A stretch of DNA of 63,669 bases, filler included, from Octopus bimaculoides (GCF_001194135.2; 6 parts of 5 records of this genome joined end to end with filler, not necessarily neighbours in it), one strand, 5' to 3'. Counted from the first letter of the whole stretch, positions 34,984 to 48,566 are shown. Made by a program: numbers and translations. Notes: generated by a model not told the origin, from the letters alone.

Positions 34984-35908
34984 CATGTGTGTATGTCTGT
35001 GTGTAACTTAAAGTCGATTTAATAACGGTCTATACTTTCTTCGACGAGTTCGAAGAATGAATTATCAATAACTGGAATTTTATCATACTTACACGTCAGA
35101 TCAATTATTATTATTAACATATTGTTGAATAAAGTTATTTCTTGCAGTTAAACACCAATGGAGTTATCACATATATCGTCATTGTTGTTAATTTATCTGA
35201 TAGTAAAACCACGTTTACTTTAATCAAACTTCCAAACATGTTGCGGTTAAAATTAAATATTATCAAACTTATTAACCTCTTTTAATTAACATTGTCACCT
35301 CCAGTAATGAAGGAACTGATTTAATAACGGACACAGACTCTCCATCTCAAATTTTTACATCAATAAATACAAATTCTATACGAAGTGAAAGGTCTCGTTG
35401 CTATCCATATATATATATATATANNNNNNNNNNNNNNNNNNNNNNNNNNNNNNNNNNNNNNNNNNNNNNNNNNNNNNNNNNNNNNNNNNNNNNNNNNNNN
35501 NNNNNNNNNNNNNNNNNNNNNNNNNNNNNNNNNNNNNNNNNNNNNNNNNNNNNNNNNNNNNNNNNNNNNNNNNNNNNNNNNNNNNNNNNNNNNNNNNNNN
35601 NNNNNNNNNNNNNNNNNNNNNNNNNNNNNNNNNNNNNNNNNNNNNNNNNNNNNNNNNNNNNNNNNNNNNNNNNNNNNNNNNNNNNNNNNNNNNNNNNNNN
35701 NNNNNNNNNNNNNNNNNNNNNNNNNNNNNNNNNNNNNNNNNNNNNNNNNNNNNNNNNNNNNNNNNNNNNNNNNNNNNNNNNNNNNNNNNNNNNNNNNNNN
35801 NNNNNNNNNNNNNNNNNNNNNNNNNNNNNNNNNNNNNNNNNNNNNNNNNNNNNNNNNNNNNNNNNNNNNNNNNNNNNNNNNNNNATATACATACATATAT
35901 ATATATAT

Positions 35909-36215
35909 ATGATGGTGACGATGATGGTGAGGATGGTGCAAAAGAGGACGAGGATGATGATGAGAGCTATGGTGATAATGATGATGATAGTTATGGTGAT
36001 GATGATGATGATGATGATGATGATGCGGTGGCGGTGGAGGTGGAGAAGGAAGAAGAGGATAACGACAACGACGGTGAAGATGACGACGACTGTGATGATG
36101 GTGATTGTAATGATTCTGATTCTGATGATGATGATGATGAGGAGGAGGAGGATGAGGATGAGGATGAGGGGGAGGATGAAGAGGAGGATGAAGAGGATGG
36201 GGAGGATGATGCCGT
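35909..36215. repeat. Cryptic (GAT/GAG/GAC)n triplet tract
   Basis: Direct reading. Confidence 0.85.
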
Positions 36216-36654
36216 TTGAGCTCAAATCAGCTCAGACTAAACGGAATCGTAATAGATGCATTCCAGCCGGGACACTTCCACTGTTTCAGTGGGAAAATAG
36301 CTCTAGACTATTAAATATGTTATTCAATTAAGTCGGCTCGTTATATAAGATGGAAAGATTTCACTGCTATGTGATGTAGCAGGTCTAGAAGCCAGAATCA
36401 GGCTCTCATTTTGTTTTCATATACATACATACATACATACGTGCATACATACATACATACATACATACATACATACATGCATACATACATACATACATAC
36501 ATATATATACATACATGCATACATATATGTATATATACATATACATACATATGTGCGTGGGGTTACGTGCATGTGTTTGTATGTAACCCAAATATTCACG
36601 TAACTTACACATCTGTATATGTAAATATATATGTATATGTCCCCATCCTCTCTA

Positions 36655-36688
<34 letters not shown>

Positions 36689-38176
36689 TCTGTCTCTCTC
36701 TCTGTANNNNNNNNNNNNNNNNNNNNNNNNNNNNNNNNNNNNNNNNNNNNNNNNNNNNNNNNNNNNNNNNNNNNNNNNNNNNNNNNNNNNNNNNNNNNNN
36801 NNNNNNNNNNNNNNNNNNNNNNNNNNNNNNNNNNNNNNNNNNNNNNNNNNNNNNNNNNNNNNNNNNNNNNNNNNNNNNNNNNNNNNNNNNNNNNNNNNNN
36901 NNNNNNNNNNNNNNNNNNNNNNNNNNNNNNNNNNNNNNNNNNNNNNNNNNNNNNNNNNNNNNNNNNNNNNNNNNNNNNNNNNNNNNNNNNNNNNNNNNNN
37001 NNNNNNNNNNNNNNNNNNNNNNNNNNNNNNNNNNNNNNNNNNNNNNNNNNNNNNNNNNNNNNNNNNNNNNNNNNNNNNNNNNNNNNNNNNNNNNNNNNNN
37101 NNNNNNNNNNNNNNNNNNNNNNNNNNNNNNNNNNNNNNNNNNNNNNNNNNNNNNNNNNNNNNNNNNNNNNNNNNNNNNNNNNNNNNNNNNNNNNNNNNNN
37201 NNNNNNNNNNNNNNNNNNNNNNNNNNNNNNNNNNNNNNNNNNNNNNNNNNNNNNNNNNNNNNNNNNNNNNNNNNNNNNNNNNNNNNNNNNNNNNNNNNNN
37301 NNNNNNNNNNNNNNNNNNNNNNNNNNNNNNNNNNNNNNNNNNNNNNNNNNNNNATATATATATATATATACGTACCAAAGCAGTTTGATTCAAATTCGTT
37401 GGTATTCCGAGTTTTAAGGGTGATGCTAGTCTTGCGTCATTTTGAATTTCAATGAAAGAAATTGGAATGTTATTGCAGTAAGTGGGCTCCGATTGGTCGG
37501 GGAAGGTCACGCGGTGTCGTGGTTTGATGTTGGTGTATCGGTATATCAACGACGACAGTTAGTTGAAAAATACCCATGGTGAACAGCAAATCGATTGTGT
37601 GGTGGACAGGAAATCGGTTGAGCTGATGGATGGGAAGTAGGAAGGGGCGGCATGTACAAGTATATAGTTGTATATGTGGGTGTGTGGACGCTCATATGAT
37701 TTTGCGTGCAAGTCTGTATTCATGCGAGTGTGCGCATCTGTACATGGGAACGCACGCGCACGCCAGCCCGACACATACCTGGACGAACATGCGCACGCAC
37801 AATCACACACACATACACGTGCATATTCACAAATGCATACACATGTATACACACAAACACAGACACACATGCATATTAGTGTGTGCGCACACACATGCGC
37901 GTGCACATGAGTATTCGCGCGCGCATGCATGAATATACATGCGCATAACAATTGTTCGGGATTGGTAAACGTTAGGAATTAGGCGTTTGGGATTGGTAAG
38001 CGTTGGGAATTGGTAATTGGTGGTCATGCTCACGGGGTTGGTTGGTGGCGGTGACCTTGGTGCAGGCGGTGCTGAGTAGCAGTTCGTACTAAGATAGTAT
38101 ATCCGGGTTGTCGGCTGTCAGAGACTTAAAATGAATGCATCGTATATATTCATATATGATGTAGCTTCTGTAATAT

Positions 38177-38500
38177 TGAAGGCGCGTGGTTTAGTGGTTA
38201 TGGTATTTGGCTCAAAATCTTAAGGTCGTGAGTTCAATTTCCGGCGGCGCGTTGTGTCCTTGAGCAAGACACTTTATTTCATGTTGCTCCAGTCCACTCA
38301 GCTGACAAAAATGAGTAGTACCTGTATTTCAAGGGGCCAGCCTCGTCACATTCCGTGTTACGCTTAATATCCTTGAGAATTATATTAAGTGTATATGTGA
38401 CCGTGGAGCGCTCAGCCACTTGCATGTTAATTTCAGGAGCAGCCTGTTCTGTTGATCGGATCAACTGGAACCCCAGTCGTCGCAAACGACGGAGTGCCAG
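38177..38500 (+). mobile_element. CORE-like tRNA SINE sharing its 3' tail with family B
   Basis: Head GGCGCGTGGTTTAGTGGTT...GAGTTCAATTTCC; CORE-like GTGTCCTTGAGCAAGACACTTTA; tail GATCGGATCAACTGGAACCC...GACGGAGTGCCA. Confidence 0.8.
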
Positions 38501-40039
38501 TTAGTTAATTTCTGCGTATATATAAAAAGAGATTGAAATTTTATTGAAAAATACATTGGACTGTTGAACCTGAAAGAATTATATACAAGGTAAACTTTTA
38601 TACAAATTGTTATATATAGATGCTATACACATTGTTATATATATATGTTAAATATAGTGAAAACAGCTTTATTGAGTTGTTAAATATTTCCCCAACTGTT
38701 ATTAAATCATCGGTGACTTTGCGTTGCCAAAATCGGAAACATTTTCCGGAGTTTATTAACCTCAGACTAGTTGCTGTGCTTCATAGGTTAATAATATTGC
38801 AGACACAAATACGTTTTAGCTTTCCATTACTTTAGGTTAAAGAACCCTTAAATGACATTTACTGTTACATATTATATATAGCTACAGGGTTTTCAATCTT
38901 GAGCGAACAGGCATAAATCTTATTTCCCGACACGTACTTCAGAGCACAAATACGGAATTGTTTTGTATGTCTATGCATACTTCAGGGGACCATATATCAC
39001 CTAAAGACATATCAATGTTGTGCCATGAAAATAATCATGTGTCAAAAGTCAGCAACGTCACCGGTATTTTTTATGTTGACATTTGGAGTCCTTCCTTCCA
39101 AATACTGTGAGATTGAAATAGTCTTATACAAATGTGTGACGCAATAATAGAGTTTGTCTCTTCGTCCTGGCCTCGCTATTGAAAGCAATATATACTGCGC
39201 GATATGCACTGCTTTCTCTGTTGGAAGAGTTCTCACCCACCCTACCGGTTGGAGTTATCTGTAATTGATGGAGAAAGTCCCATTGTCTTTCGAGATGCAG
39301 AGATAAGTCTCCATTTTCATCGCAGATATTGATACACTTCTCTCTGTGTCATAGTTCTGACAAATATACTCTTTACTCGCCATTAGATTGAATCCCGGAA
39401 ACATACGGAGCGTGAAGAAAGTCCCCGCTTTTTACGATTCAGAGATGTTCTTTTTGCTACGCTATTTGATAAGGAAGAGACGTAGTAATGCACTTCTCTT
39501 TGTCACACAGCTCTGTCAGACAGAGTTTCTCCTACCCATTGAGTTACATCTAGGACACATTTCGAAAATGTAGTTCCAACAAAAGAAATCTCTTTTCTGT
39601 TTCACAATTTCAACGCTTCGTTAATTAGTTGCATTTTCCAGTTTTCTTCATTTGACAACACGCGTGTTGCGTGTGTGCATTTTTCCTGCCGCTGCTACTG
39701 CTGTTATTTCTGTTTATGCTGAACAAATTTGCATTTTCAGATATTAAATTGTCATTGTCTTTATACGAGAGTGTATCTTTTTGTTTTATTGTAATTATTC
39801 TGTCTATCTGCTTTCCGTCTATCAGTTAATTTCTCTCTTTTTTTGTTTTTGATGTAATGACAATTTTGTTGTCAAGGGTCGTAATCAGGGCCAGTCTGTT
39901 TTTTGTTACTAACTCCTACTGCTTCTCTTATAGAGGAAGTCATATTGAAAATTACTGTAAGCAACAAAATTACAGAGGGAGAAGGTAAAGTGTTTTGAGC
40001 AGACCTCTCTAACTTAGGATATTCATTGAGAAGTGCCAG

Positions 40040-40097
40040 TGTTCAAACGTATTCTATTTAATGTAGCGTGCTAACGAGTCAGTCAGTTCGCCGTCTT

Positions 40098-40173
<76 letters not shown>

Positions 40174-40301
40174 CAACAACAACAACAGCAATAATAACAA
40201 CAATAATAATAATAACAACAATAATAATAACAATAATAACAACAATAATAAGAAAAATAACAGCCTCAACAACAACGACAACGACAACTATTATTGTAAT
40301 T

Positions 40302-40351
<50 letters not shown>

Positions 40352-40500
40352 TGTAACATAAACACATAACTTGTTATGGGTAGGAATAATCAATTTTATC
40401 GGCCCCGGAGGGATGGAGAGCAAAACTGACCTCAGCGGGATTTGAATACTGAAGGTAAAGAAATGGAAGAAAATACTGCGAGGCATTTTCTCCGACATTT
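40040..40500 (-). mobile_element. Two family C SINE pieces flanking a (TAA)n/(CAA)n/(TTA)n microsatellite block (40100-40350)
   Basis: TGCTAACGA.TC.GTCAGTTCGCCGTCTT at 40070-40098 and the reverse-complement core at 40390-40500. Confidence 0.7.
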
Positions 40501-41286
40501 AATGATATTCTCTCAACTCACCAACCTTTGGAAAATTAACCTCAGTGAGATTTGAACTCAGTAACGTAATGACCCGGAACATATACTGCAAGGCATTTTG
40601 ACTAAAGCATTAACACAGGAATTCTTAATAACTTTTCTGTCATTTCATTTAACCCCAGGCAAATGTTTTGAAAGCAATTTTCCCCACAACCTTCAGTGGT
40701 TTGACTTTATATTATTTCTAATATAAAATATTTGACAAAGAAGAAATTTAAAATACTGTTTTTAAAACATAATTATTTTAGTTTCAGGATAACGATAAAA
40801 AAACAACGATAAGAAAAAAGAATGGCAGATGACAATATTAGTTCATTTATTTATGAATTAATGATCAACAAATACTTGAACCGAACGCATCTTTCTGATT
40901 TGGCTCCTCCATTAGCAGCACAACAATTAAGAAGTAGATGATGTATACAATACATTTAAATCTAACGTGGTAGACAGAAAAATAATTAGTATTTTTTCTT
41001 CACAAAATAAGACTACTTAAAGTTTTTTTGTTTTCAACTTTAGATTTTTTTTCACAATTATAATTGAAAGGAAAAAACAAAAATCCTAAAAGAGCCGGAT
41101 AGTTATTAATGGGTGCAAACATATGTGTTTAATAAGCTGTGTGATTAAGAAGCTTGCTATGCAACTACATAATTTCTCTTTCGGTGTTGGCCCCTTTGCG
41201 TGGTAGCTCTGGCAAATGTCTTCTACTATAGCCCCGGAGCACCTTGTTAATGAATTTCCTGCACGGAAACTATGCAGAGGCCCATT

Positions 41287-41328
<42 letters not shown>

Positions 41329-41338
41329 NNNNNNNNNN

Positions 41339-41379
<41 letters not shown>

Positions 41380-41425
41380 GCACACGAATACACACCCACA
41401 TACATATGTATATATATTTATATAT

Positions 41426-41867
41426 AGGCGCTGGCCTGACTTTATGGTAAGAAGTTTGCTTCCCAACCACATGGTCACATGGTTCAGAGTTCAGCCCCAC
41501 TGCATAGTATCTTGGGCAAGTATCTTCTACTATAGCCTCGGGTGGATCAAAACGTTGTGAGTGGATTTGGTAGAAGGAAACTGAAAGAAGCCCCTTGTAT
41601 GTATATATATATATATATATACATGTGTATGAGTTTATTTGTATGCCTTTGTGTCTGTGTTTATCCCTTATCACCGCTTGACATCCGATGTTGGTGTACT
41701 TATGTCCTCATTAACTAGTGGTTCGGCAAAGTGACCAATAGAATAACGACCAGGCTTAAAAAATAAGTACTGAGGGTGGATTCATTCGACTAAAAATTCT
41801 TCAAGGTGGTGCCTCAGCATGGCCGCCGTTTAACGACTGAAACAAGTAAAAGACAAAAAATAAAAGA
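41426..41867 (+). mobile_element. SINE family A, full length
   Basis: Head, central TA tract and tail are all present. Confidence 0.88.
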
Positions 41868-42298
41868 TGTGTATGTATGTCTGTGTGTATGCGTATGTGC
41901 GGGTGTGTGCGCATGTGCGCGCACATGTGTGTGTTGTGTTATTATCTGTATTTTCCCCCTGAGCATTGTTTAGCAATTTATTTGTTTTGTTGAGGCCCCC
42001 ATAAATTTCCGGTTCAGCAAAAGATATCGATAGAGTAAATATACCAGATTAAAAAATACAAAAAAATCAGTACTGGGATCGAATTTTTCGATTAAACCTT
42101 CCAAGACGATGTCTCAGCATCGCTACTGTTCAATAACTGAAACAACTTACAACAGAAGAAATAAAAAGTGAAGAGATATCCAGAATCAAAGAATTTACTC
42201 CTTGAGTCGACCCAAAATTACCCAGTTGCAATGAATTTATCCAAGTTTGGGATAAATTAACAATTTTGTCAAATCCATCGTCTTACGAATTCATCCAC

Positions 42299-42454
42299 TT
42301 TTATCTCAGCTCGCAGCTCGACTCGCTGCTCAACACGTAGCTCAACTAGCTGCTCAACTCGCTGCTCAACTCGTAGGTTAGCTCGCAGCTCAGCTCACAG
42401 CTCAGCTCACGGCTCATGCTTCAGCTCAGTTCGCTGTTCAGCTCGCAACTCAGC
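42299..42454 (-). repeat. GC-rich 12-bp minisatellite, 13 units (consensus G(C/T)TGAGC(T/A)GCGA on the minus strand)
   Basis: Units read directly; in one frame they translate as (A/V)E(L/Q)R repeats. Confidence 0.85.
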
Positions 42455-42839
42455 TTACAGCTTTTTGTACCACACTAATTGATCGCTATTTTATTTTGCC
42501 TTACCTCGATAATCTCAGTGTATTTAGCATAACTTTGCCACCTTAGATTGAGAATAATTAACCATCAAGGGGATTAGTTTAAAATCTTTTCTCTGACTAT
42601 TTATCGCTTTCCTCCATCTCGTTTCTCTCTCTGTTACTGTCTCTCCGACTCAGTTTTCTTTAAGAAATACGAAGTGAAGGGAAAACACAAATACAACATA
42701 AGTATGTATATAAATAAATAAAACAAAAGCTATTTCTGTGAGTTTCCAATTTAAATTTTAAATTTTCAAATTCTGTCAGTAGAAGTTGTTTCAAGATCCT
42801 GTGAGATTTTGAATTCGCAAAATTTTTCCTGGGGAAACA

Positions 42840-42857
42840 AACAAATAAATAAACAAA

Positions 42858-42896
<39 letters not shown>

Positions 42897-42900
42897 ATAG
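42840..42900. repeat. (AAAT)n microsatellite
   Basis: Direct reading. Confidence 0.95.
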
Positions 42901-43799
42901 AAAGGATTTTAACATTTTTCGTTTGTTTGTGTGTTGGTTTCGATTTTATGTTTTTATATATATATATATTTTTAAATTAATGTTTTTCTCGGTAAATGTT
43001 TAATATGTTGAAACGGTGGGCGACACATGACCATGAGAAGAAAAGAAAAGATGCTTAAAAAAAGAATCTGTGATACACATTCGCACTCGCATACGAGTAA
43101 TCTTTGCATAAAACAGCAAGACACGTGCATGTGGTGCACACATACACCTGCATGCAAGCAAACACCGTAAATCACATGTACACAAACTACACATATGGTT
43201 GCAAATCTATTTACATAGAGTAAAAAAAAAAAGCGCATTATGCAGTTACACACACTCAAACAGGTATACGTATAGTAATAACTACGCTAATTTTCACTCA
43301 TAAATAAATAAGAATTTAAATAAAAATCACATAGACACACATACACAAGCCTTCGTGCGCACATGCACACATACACATACACATCAACACACACAAGCAC
43401 ACATATACACAGACACGCCCATAGATACACACTCAGCTCTCAAAAGTCCCAAATGAACGCATGCACACTAATGCATATATACAGGGTTTTATCTAAACAT
43501 ATTCACTTAATATACACTTAGGCACATTACACACATAGATTTCCAGATAGGATCTTATATACGTCAGCGCAATGAAAACATGGAAGTACACATTTACACG
43601 TAAGTACTACTCATTTTCCCGCGCTTTCTGACTTGAAATCAGATATATATATATAAACATATAGACACATATGCCACGAAATACTTATACATATACGTAT
43701 ACATACGTTTGCGTGAGTGTCTATGCACGTAAGTACATATGTATATATGTACGTACGTGTATACATATATACATATATATATACGTACACATAAGCACA

Positions 43800-43940
43800 A
43801 GCGTGGCTGTGTGGGAAGTACCTTGCTTACCAACCACATAGTTTCGAGTTCACTCCCACTGCATACGTTTCTACTATTATCTCGGGCCGACGAAAGCTTT
43901 GTGAGTGGATTTGGTAAACGGAAACTGAAAGAAGCCCGTC

Positions 43941-44011
<71 letters not shown>

Positions 44012-44183
44012 TATGTTTGTCCCCTCTACCATCGCTTGACAACCGATGCTGGTGTGTTTACGTCCTCCTAACTTAGCGGTTCGGCAAAGAGACCGATGGA
44101 ATAAGTACTAGGCTTAGAACGAATAAGTTCTGGGATCGATTTGTTCGACTAAAGGCTTTGAATTGACTGAAACAAATAAAAGA
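43800..44183 (+). mobile_element. SINE family A, near full length
   Basis: Head GTGGCTGTGTGGGAAGTACCTTGCTTACCAACCAC, central (TA)n, tail GACTGAAACAAATAAAAG. Confidence 0.9.
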
Positions 44184-44210
44184 ATATACATGTATGTACA
44201 TACATATATG

Positions 44211-44543
44211 TACACGAGGTGGTGTCAAAACTTTCCCGGACTAGGTGTATAGCGCACCAAAATATGGCGGCACAAGACTGCGTGCACAGGGAGAGCAGTG
44301 TGCCGAGTGATATATTTGTGCATACTTCGCAAGTTGTGAAATTTGCGATTTTGTTATCATGTGTATGCTGAAGTCTGCGATTGTCTCATGGAGAGGAACT
44401 AAGAGCCAACGTGAAATTTTGCCTTAAACGTGGGAAGTCTTTTACGGAGATGTCGTATATGCTTCGGAAATAATACGGCGACTACGGAATGGGGCCTACG
44501 CAATGCTTTGAGTAGCGCATGAGCTTCAAAAGCAGAATTTCTT
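44211..44543 (+). mobile_element. Mariner 5' end: left TIR and degenerate transposase N-terminus, running into a gap
   Basis: TA-CACGAGGTGGTGTCAAAACTTTCCCGGACTA, then RANVKFCLKRGKSFTEMSYMLRK*YGDYGMGPTQCFE*RMSFKSR (mariner HTH pattern). Confidence 0.8.
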
Positions 44544-44687
44544 NNNNNNNNNNGTGTGTGTGTGTTTGCGCGTGTACGTGTGCATGTCTGTGTATCTGTG
44601 TTTGTGCACCACCACCGCTTGACTGAGATAAGTCAAGGAACAAGAGAATTATGTACCTACATGCATTCTTATATCTATCTATCTATC

Positions 44688-45024
44688 TTGAGCGACTGCA
44701 TCACAATTAACGCATTCTATAGTGGATTAGTGGAGGGAAGGTACGACGACGATCTGGGGGCGAACATGGGCGTCGACGAGGAATACCTGACCCGCCTGTT
44801 TAAGACGACCTTCGGGCCGGGACCTATGGACAACTTCCAGAGATCCCTAACCTGGCAGTGCTATCGAGAAGCCCTACCCGTTCGGGATAAGCTCTACAGG
44901 CATGGCTCGAGAAACACGGGGCCGACCTGTCCGAGATGCGGGCGGAGCGACGAAACCGTTCTGCACGCACTCGTACAGTGTCCCACCATTTCCGAGCTGT
45001 GGGCTTACGTCGAACAACTGCTAT
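44688..45024 (+). mobile_element. Tx1/L1-group LINE ORF2 C-terminal zf-RVT (CCHC) fragment, uninterrupted
   Basis: 112 open codons: ...FQRSLTWQCYREALPVRDKLYRHGSRNTGPTCPRCGRSDETVLHALVQCPTISELWAYVEQLL. GC- and CpG-rich relative to the flanks. Confidence 0.85.
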
Positions 45025-45124
45025 NNNNNNNNNNNNNNNNNNNNNNNNNNNNNNNNNNNNNNNNNNNNTTAATTAATTAANNNNNNNNNNNNNNNNNNNN
45101 NNNNNNNNNNNNNNNNNNNNNNNN

Positions 45125-45170
<46 letters not shown>

Positions 45171-46447
45171 TTATATGCTCTTATATGTATAATTATACAT
45201 GTATACATATATATGTATATATGTATATGAATATATATATACATATATATATATATGTATATATATGTGTATAAATATATTTATTCACATATGTATATAC
45301 ATATATATACATATCTGTATATATATATATTGTATATACATTGTATATATATATATATATATATATATGTTTAGATTTCTGTAATATATGTATCTCTTGC
45401 AATAGCATTAGTTTATTTTGTCATATTAGGATTCAATTTTATTCGGTTTTTATTTAGTGATATATGTGGATTTATTACCTTATGCGCTCGCGCACGCACA
45501 CACGTGCACACGCACTCATATACACATACATTCACACACACACACACACGTAGGTACGTGCATATGTGTATATATTAACAATATTACTGTTATCACTCAG
45601 GTGAAGTATACTTTCGTATGAACCAGGAAGATTATTTTCAGGTATGTATATGTGTTGAGTGTAATATATATACATATAAAAACATACAAACACAGATATA
45701 CATATATATGTATTAATATTTGTATATATACGCACACACATATATATACATATATATATGTATAAATATATATGTGTGTACATATATGTGCACATATAAA
45801 TATATAGATATATATACACGTATATATATATATATATATATATATNNNNNNNNNNNNNNNNNNNNNNNNNNNNNNNNNNNNNNNNNNNNNNNNNNNNNNN
45901 NNNNNNNNNNNNNNNNNNNNNNNNNNNNNNNNNNNNNNNNNNNNNNNNNNNNNNNNNNNNNNNNNNNNNNNNNNNNNNNNNNNNNNNNNNNNNNNNNNNN
46001 NNNNNNNNNNNNNNNNNNNNNNNNNNNNNNNNNNNNNNNNNNNNNNNNNNNNNNNNNNNNNNNNNNNNNNNNNNNNNNNNNNNNNNNNNNNNNNNNNNNN
46101 NNNNNNNNNNNNNNNNNNNNNNNNNNNNNNNNNNNNNNNNNNNNNNNNNNNNNNNNNNNNNNNNNNNNNNNNNNNNNNNNNNNNNNNNNNNNNNNNNNNN
46201 NNNNNNNNNNNNNNNNNNNNNNNNNNNNNNNNNNNNNNNNNNNNNNNNNNNNNNNNNNNNNNNNNNNNNNNNNNNNNNNNNNNNNNNNNNNNNNNGTGTG
46301 TGTGTGCCATGTATTTATATATATATATTCGTATGCGTGCTCATGTGTATGTATCAATTTTTTACTGATTCAAAAACTATCATCAATCTTGACAACCTGT
46401 TTACTTTTTATATATTCCAGTATATAATATACTTGGATTTTTCAAAA

Positions 46448-46607
<160 letters not shown>

Positions 46608-47334
46608 TCAATATTTTTGTTACCTTCTATTATTATTATTTCATATATTAGTGTTCTTATTGTTAACACATCGGTTGACATAATCGTGGTAATGGAGTCC
46701 GTCTCTTTACTATCTTAGTTCAAATTCTGACGTGGTTTACTCCTCCCTTTTCCCTCACCGTGATCTCTAAAACATTTCTTTTAAATACTGAGATCTGTAT
46801 ACTCGAATATATTTGTACTGATCACACCAACCTAAATGATGTCCTTAAAACCTGTGTATAAAGTGATTGTCTTTATCATATCTTTTCTCATGGTGGTGGT
46901 TTGTTAGAATATTTAATGTGGCGGAAGAAATGTATCAAGGTATGCTTTGTTATTTTACGTTATAGTCTCACATCCAGCCGATGACATCTCTGTCTTTTAT
47001 GATTTCATGCAAGATAAAATAAAGTACCCGTCTCTTGTCCTGGGACCGATGTAATCGATTAATTCTCACCCTTATAATTTGCTGGCCTTTTGCCTAAAGT
47101 GAAATCCACTCAGTCGGCAAGGTACTCGAAACATCAACATGTCGAAAGAAGTACCCTGCGGCTTTTATTCCGATTCGCTTGGATCTGATTTCAAAAGTTT
47201 TCCCCGATCATCGTAACCTTTCATCCTCTCGGGGTCCATAAAATGAAAGTACTATCGAAGGTCAAGTAATGGTTCGAATGTATCGGCCACTTACTCTCGC
47301 CTCGAAATTGTCCTCCTTGTACCTGGAATACAAA

Positions 47335-47363
<29 letters not shown>

Positions 47364-47368
<5 letters not shown>

Positions 47369-48566
47369 TAGTTTTATTTTTATAACGTGCTTTCACTTCA
47401 CTACCGAGCGCAGCTCTGTGTGCCTTGGGTATGTGCTGTGGTNNNNNNNNNNNNNNNNNNNNNNNNNNNNNNNNNNNNNNNNNNNNNNNNNNNNNNNNNN
47501 NNNNNNNNNNNNNNNNNNNNNNNNNNNNNNNNNNNNNNNNNNNNNNNNNNNNNNNNNNNNNNNNNNNNNNNNNNNNNNNNNNNNNNNNNNNNNNNNNNNN
47601 NNNNNNNNNNNNNNNNNNNNNNNNNNNNNNNNNNNNNNNNNNNNNNNNNNNNNNNNNNNNNNNNNNNNNNNNNNNNNNNNNNNNNNNNNNNNNNNNNNNN
47701 NNNNNNNNNNNNNNNNNNNNNNNNNNNNNNNNNNNNNNNNNNNNNNNNNNNNNNNNNNNNNNNNNNNNNNNNNNNNNNNNNNNNNNNNNNNNNNNNNNNN
47801 NNNNNNNNNNNNNNNNNNNNNNNNNNNNNNNNNNNNNNNNNNNNNNNNNNNNNNNNNNNNNNNNNNNNNNNNNNNNNNNNNNNNNNNNNNNNNNNNNNNN
47901 NNNNNNNNNNNNNNNNNNNNNNNNNNNNNNNNNNNNNNNNNNNNNNNNNNNNNNNNNNNNNNNNNNNNNNNNNNNNNNNNNNNNNNNNNNNNNNNNNNNN
48001 NNNNNNNNNNNNNNNNNNNNNNNNNNNNNNNNNNNNNNNNNNNNNNNNNNNNNNNNNNNNNNNNNNNNNNNNNNNNNNNNNNNNNNNNNNNNNNNNNNNN
48101 NNNNNNNNNNNNNNNNNNNNNNNNNNNNNNNNNNNNNNNNNNNNNNNNNNNNNNNNNNNNNNNNNNNNNNNNNNNNNNNNNNNNNNNNNNNNNNNNNNNN
48201 NNNNNNNNNNNNNNNNNNNNNNNNNNNNNNNNNNNNNNNNNNNNNNNNNNNNNNNNNNNNNNNNNNNNNNNNNNNNNNNNNNNNNNNNNNNNNNNNNNNN
48301 NNNNNNNNNNNNNNNNNNNNNNNNNNNNNNNNNNNNNNNNNNNNNNNNNNNNNNNNNNNNNNNNNNNNNNNNNNNNNNNNNNNNNNNNNCCTGCCACCTT
48401 CTGTGCGTTGTATATATAGCCTTTCTATGTCAGATTTTGGGTGGTGCATCCTATATCCTGTCATTATTTTTCTTGTTTTCCTGTCTATTTTACATAGTTC
48501 GTTTAGTGTCCAGTTAAGGATGTTGTAGCTGTAGCTTATAACTGGGACAGCTAAAGTGTTGATACC

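Noticed and set aside
35909-36219. Acidic D/E-rich open frame resembling a nucleolin-like tract
   Set aside because: A cryptic triplet repeat starting directly from (TA)n, with no acceptor site; similar tracts are common in this window.
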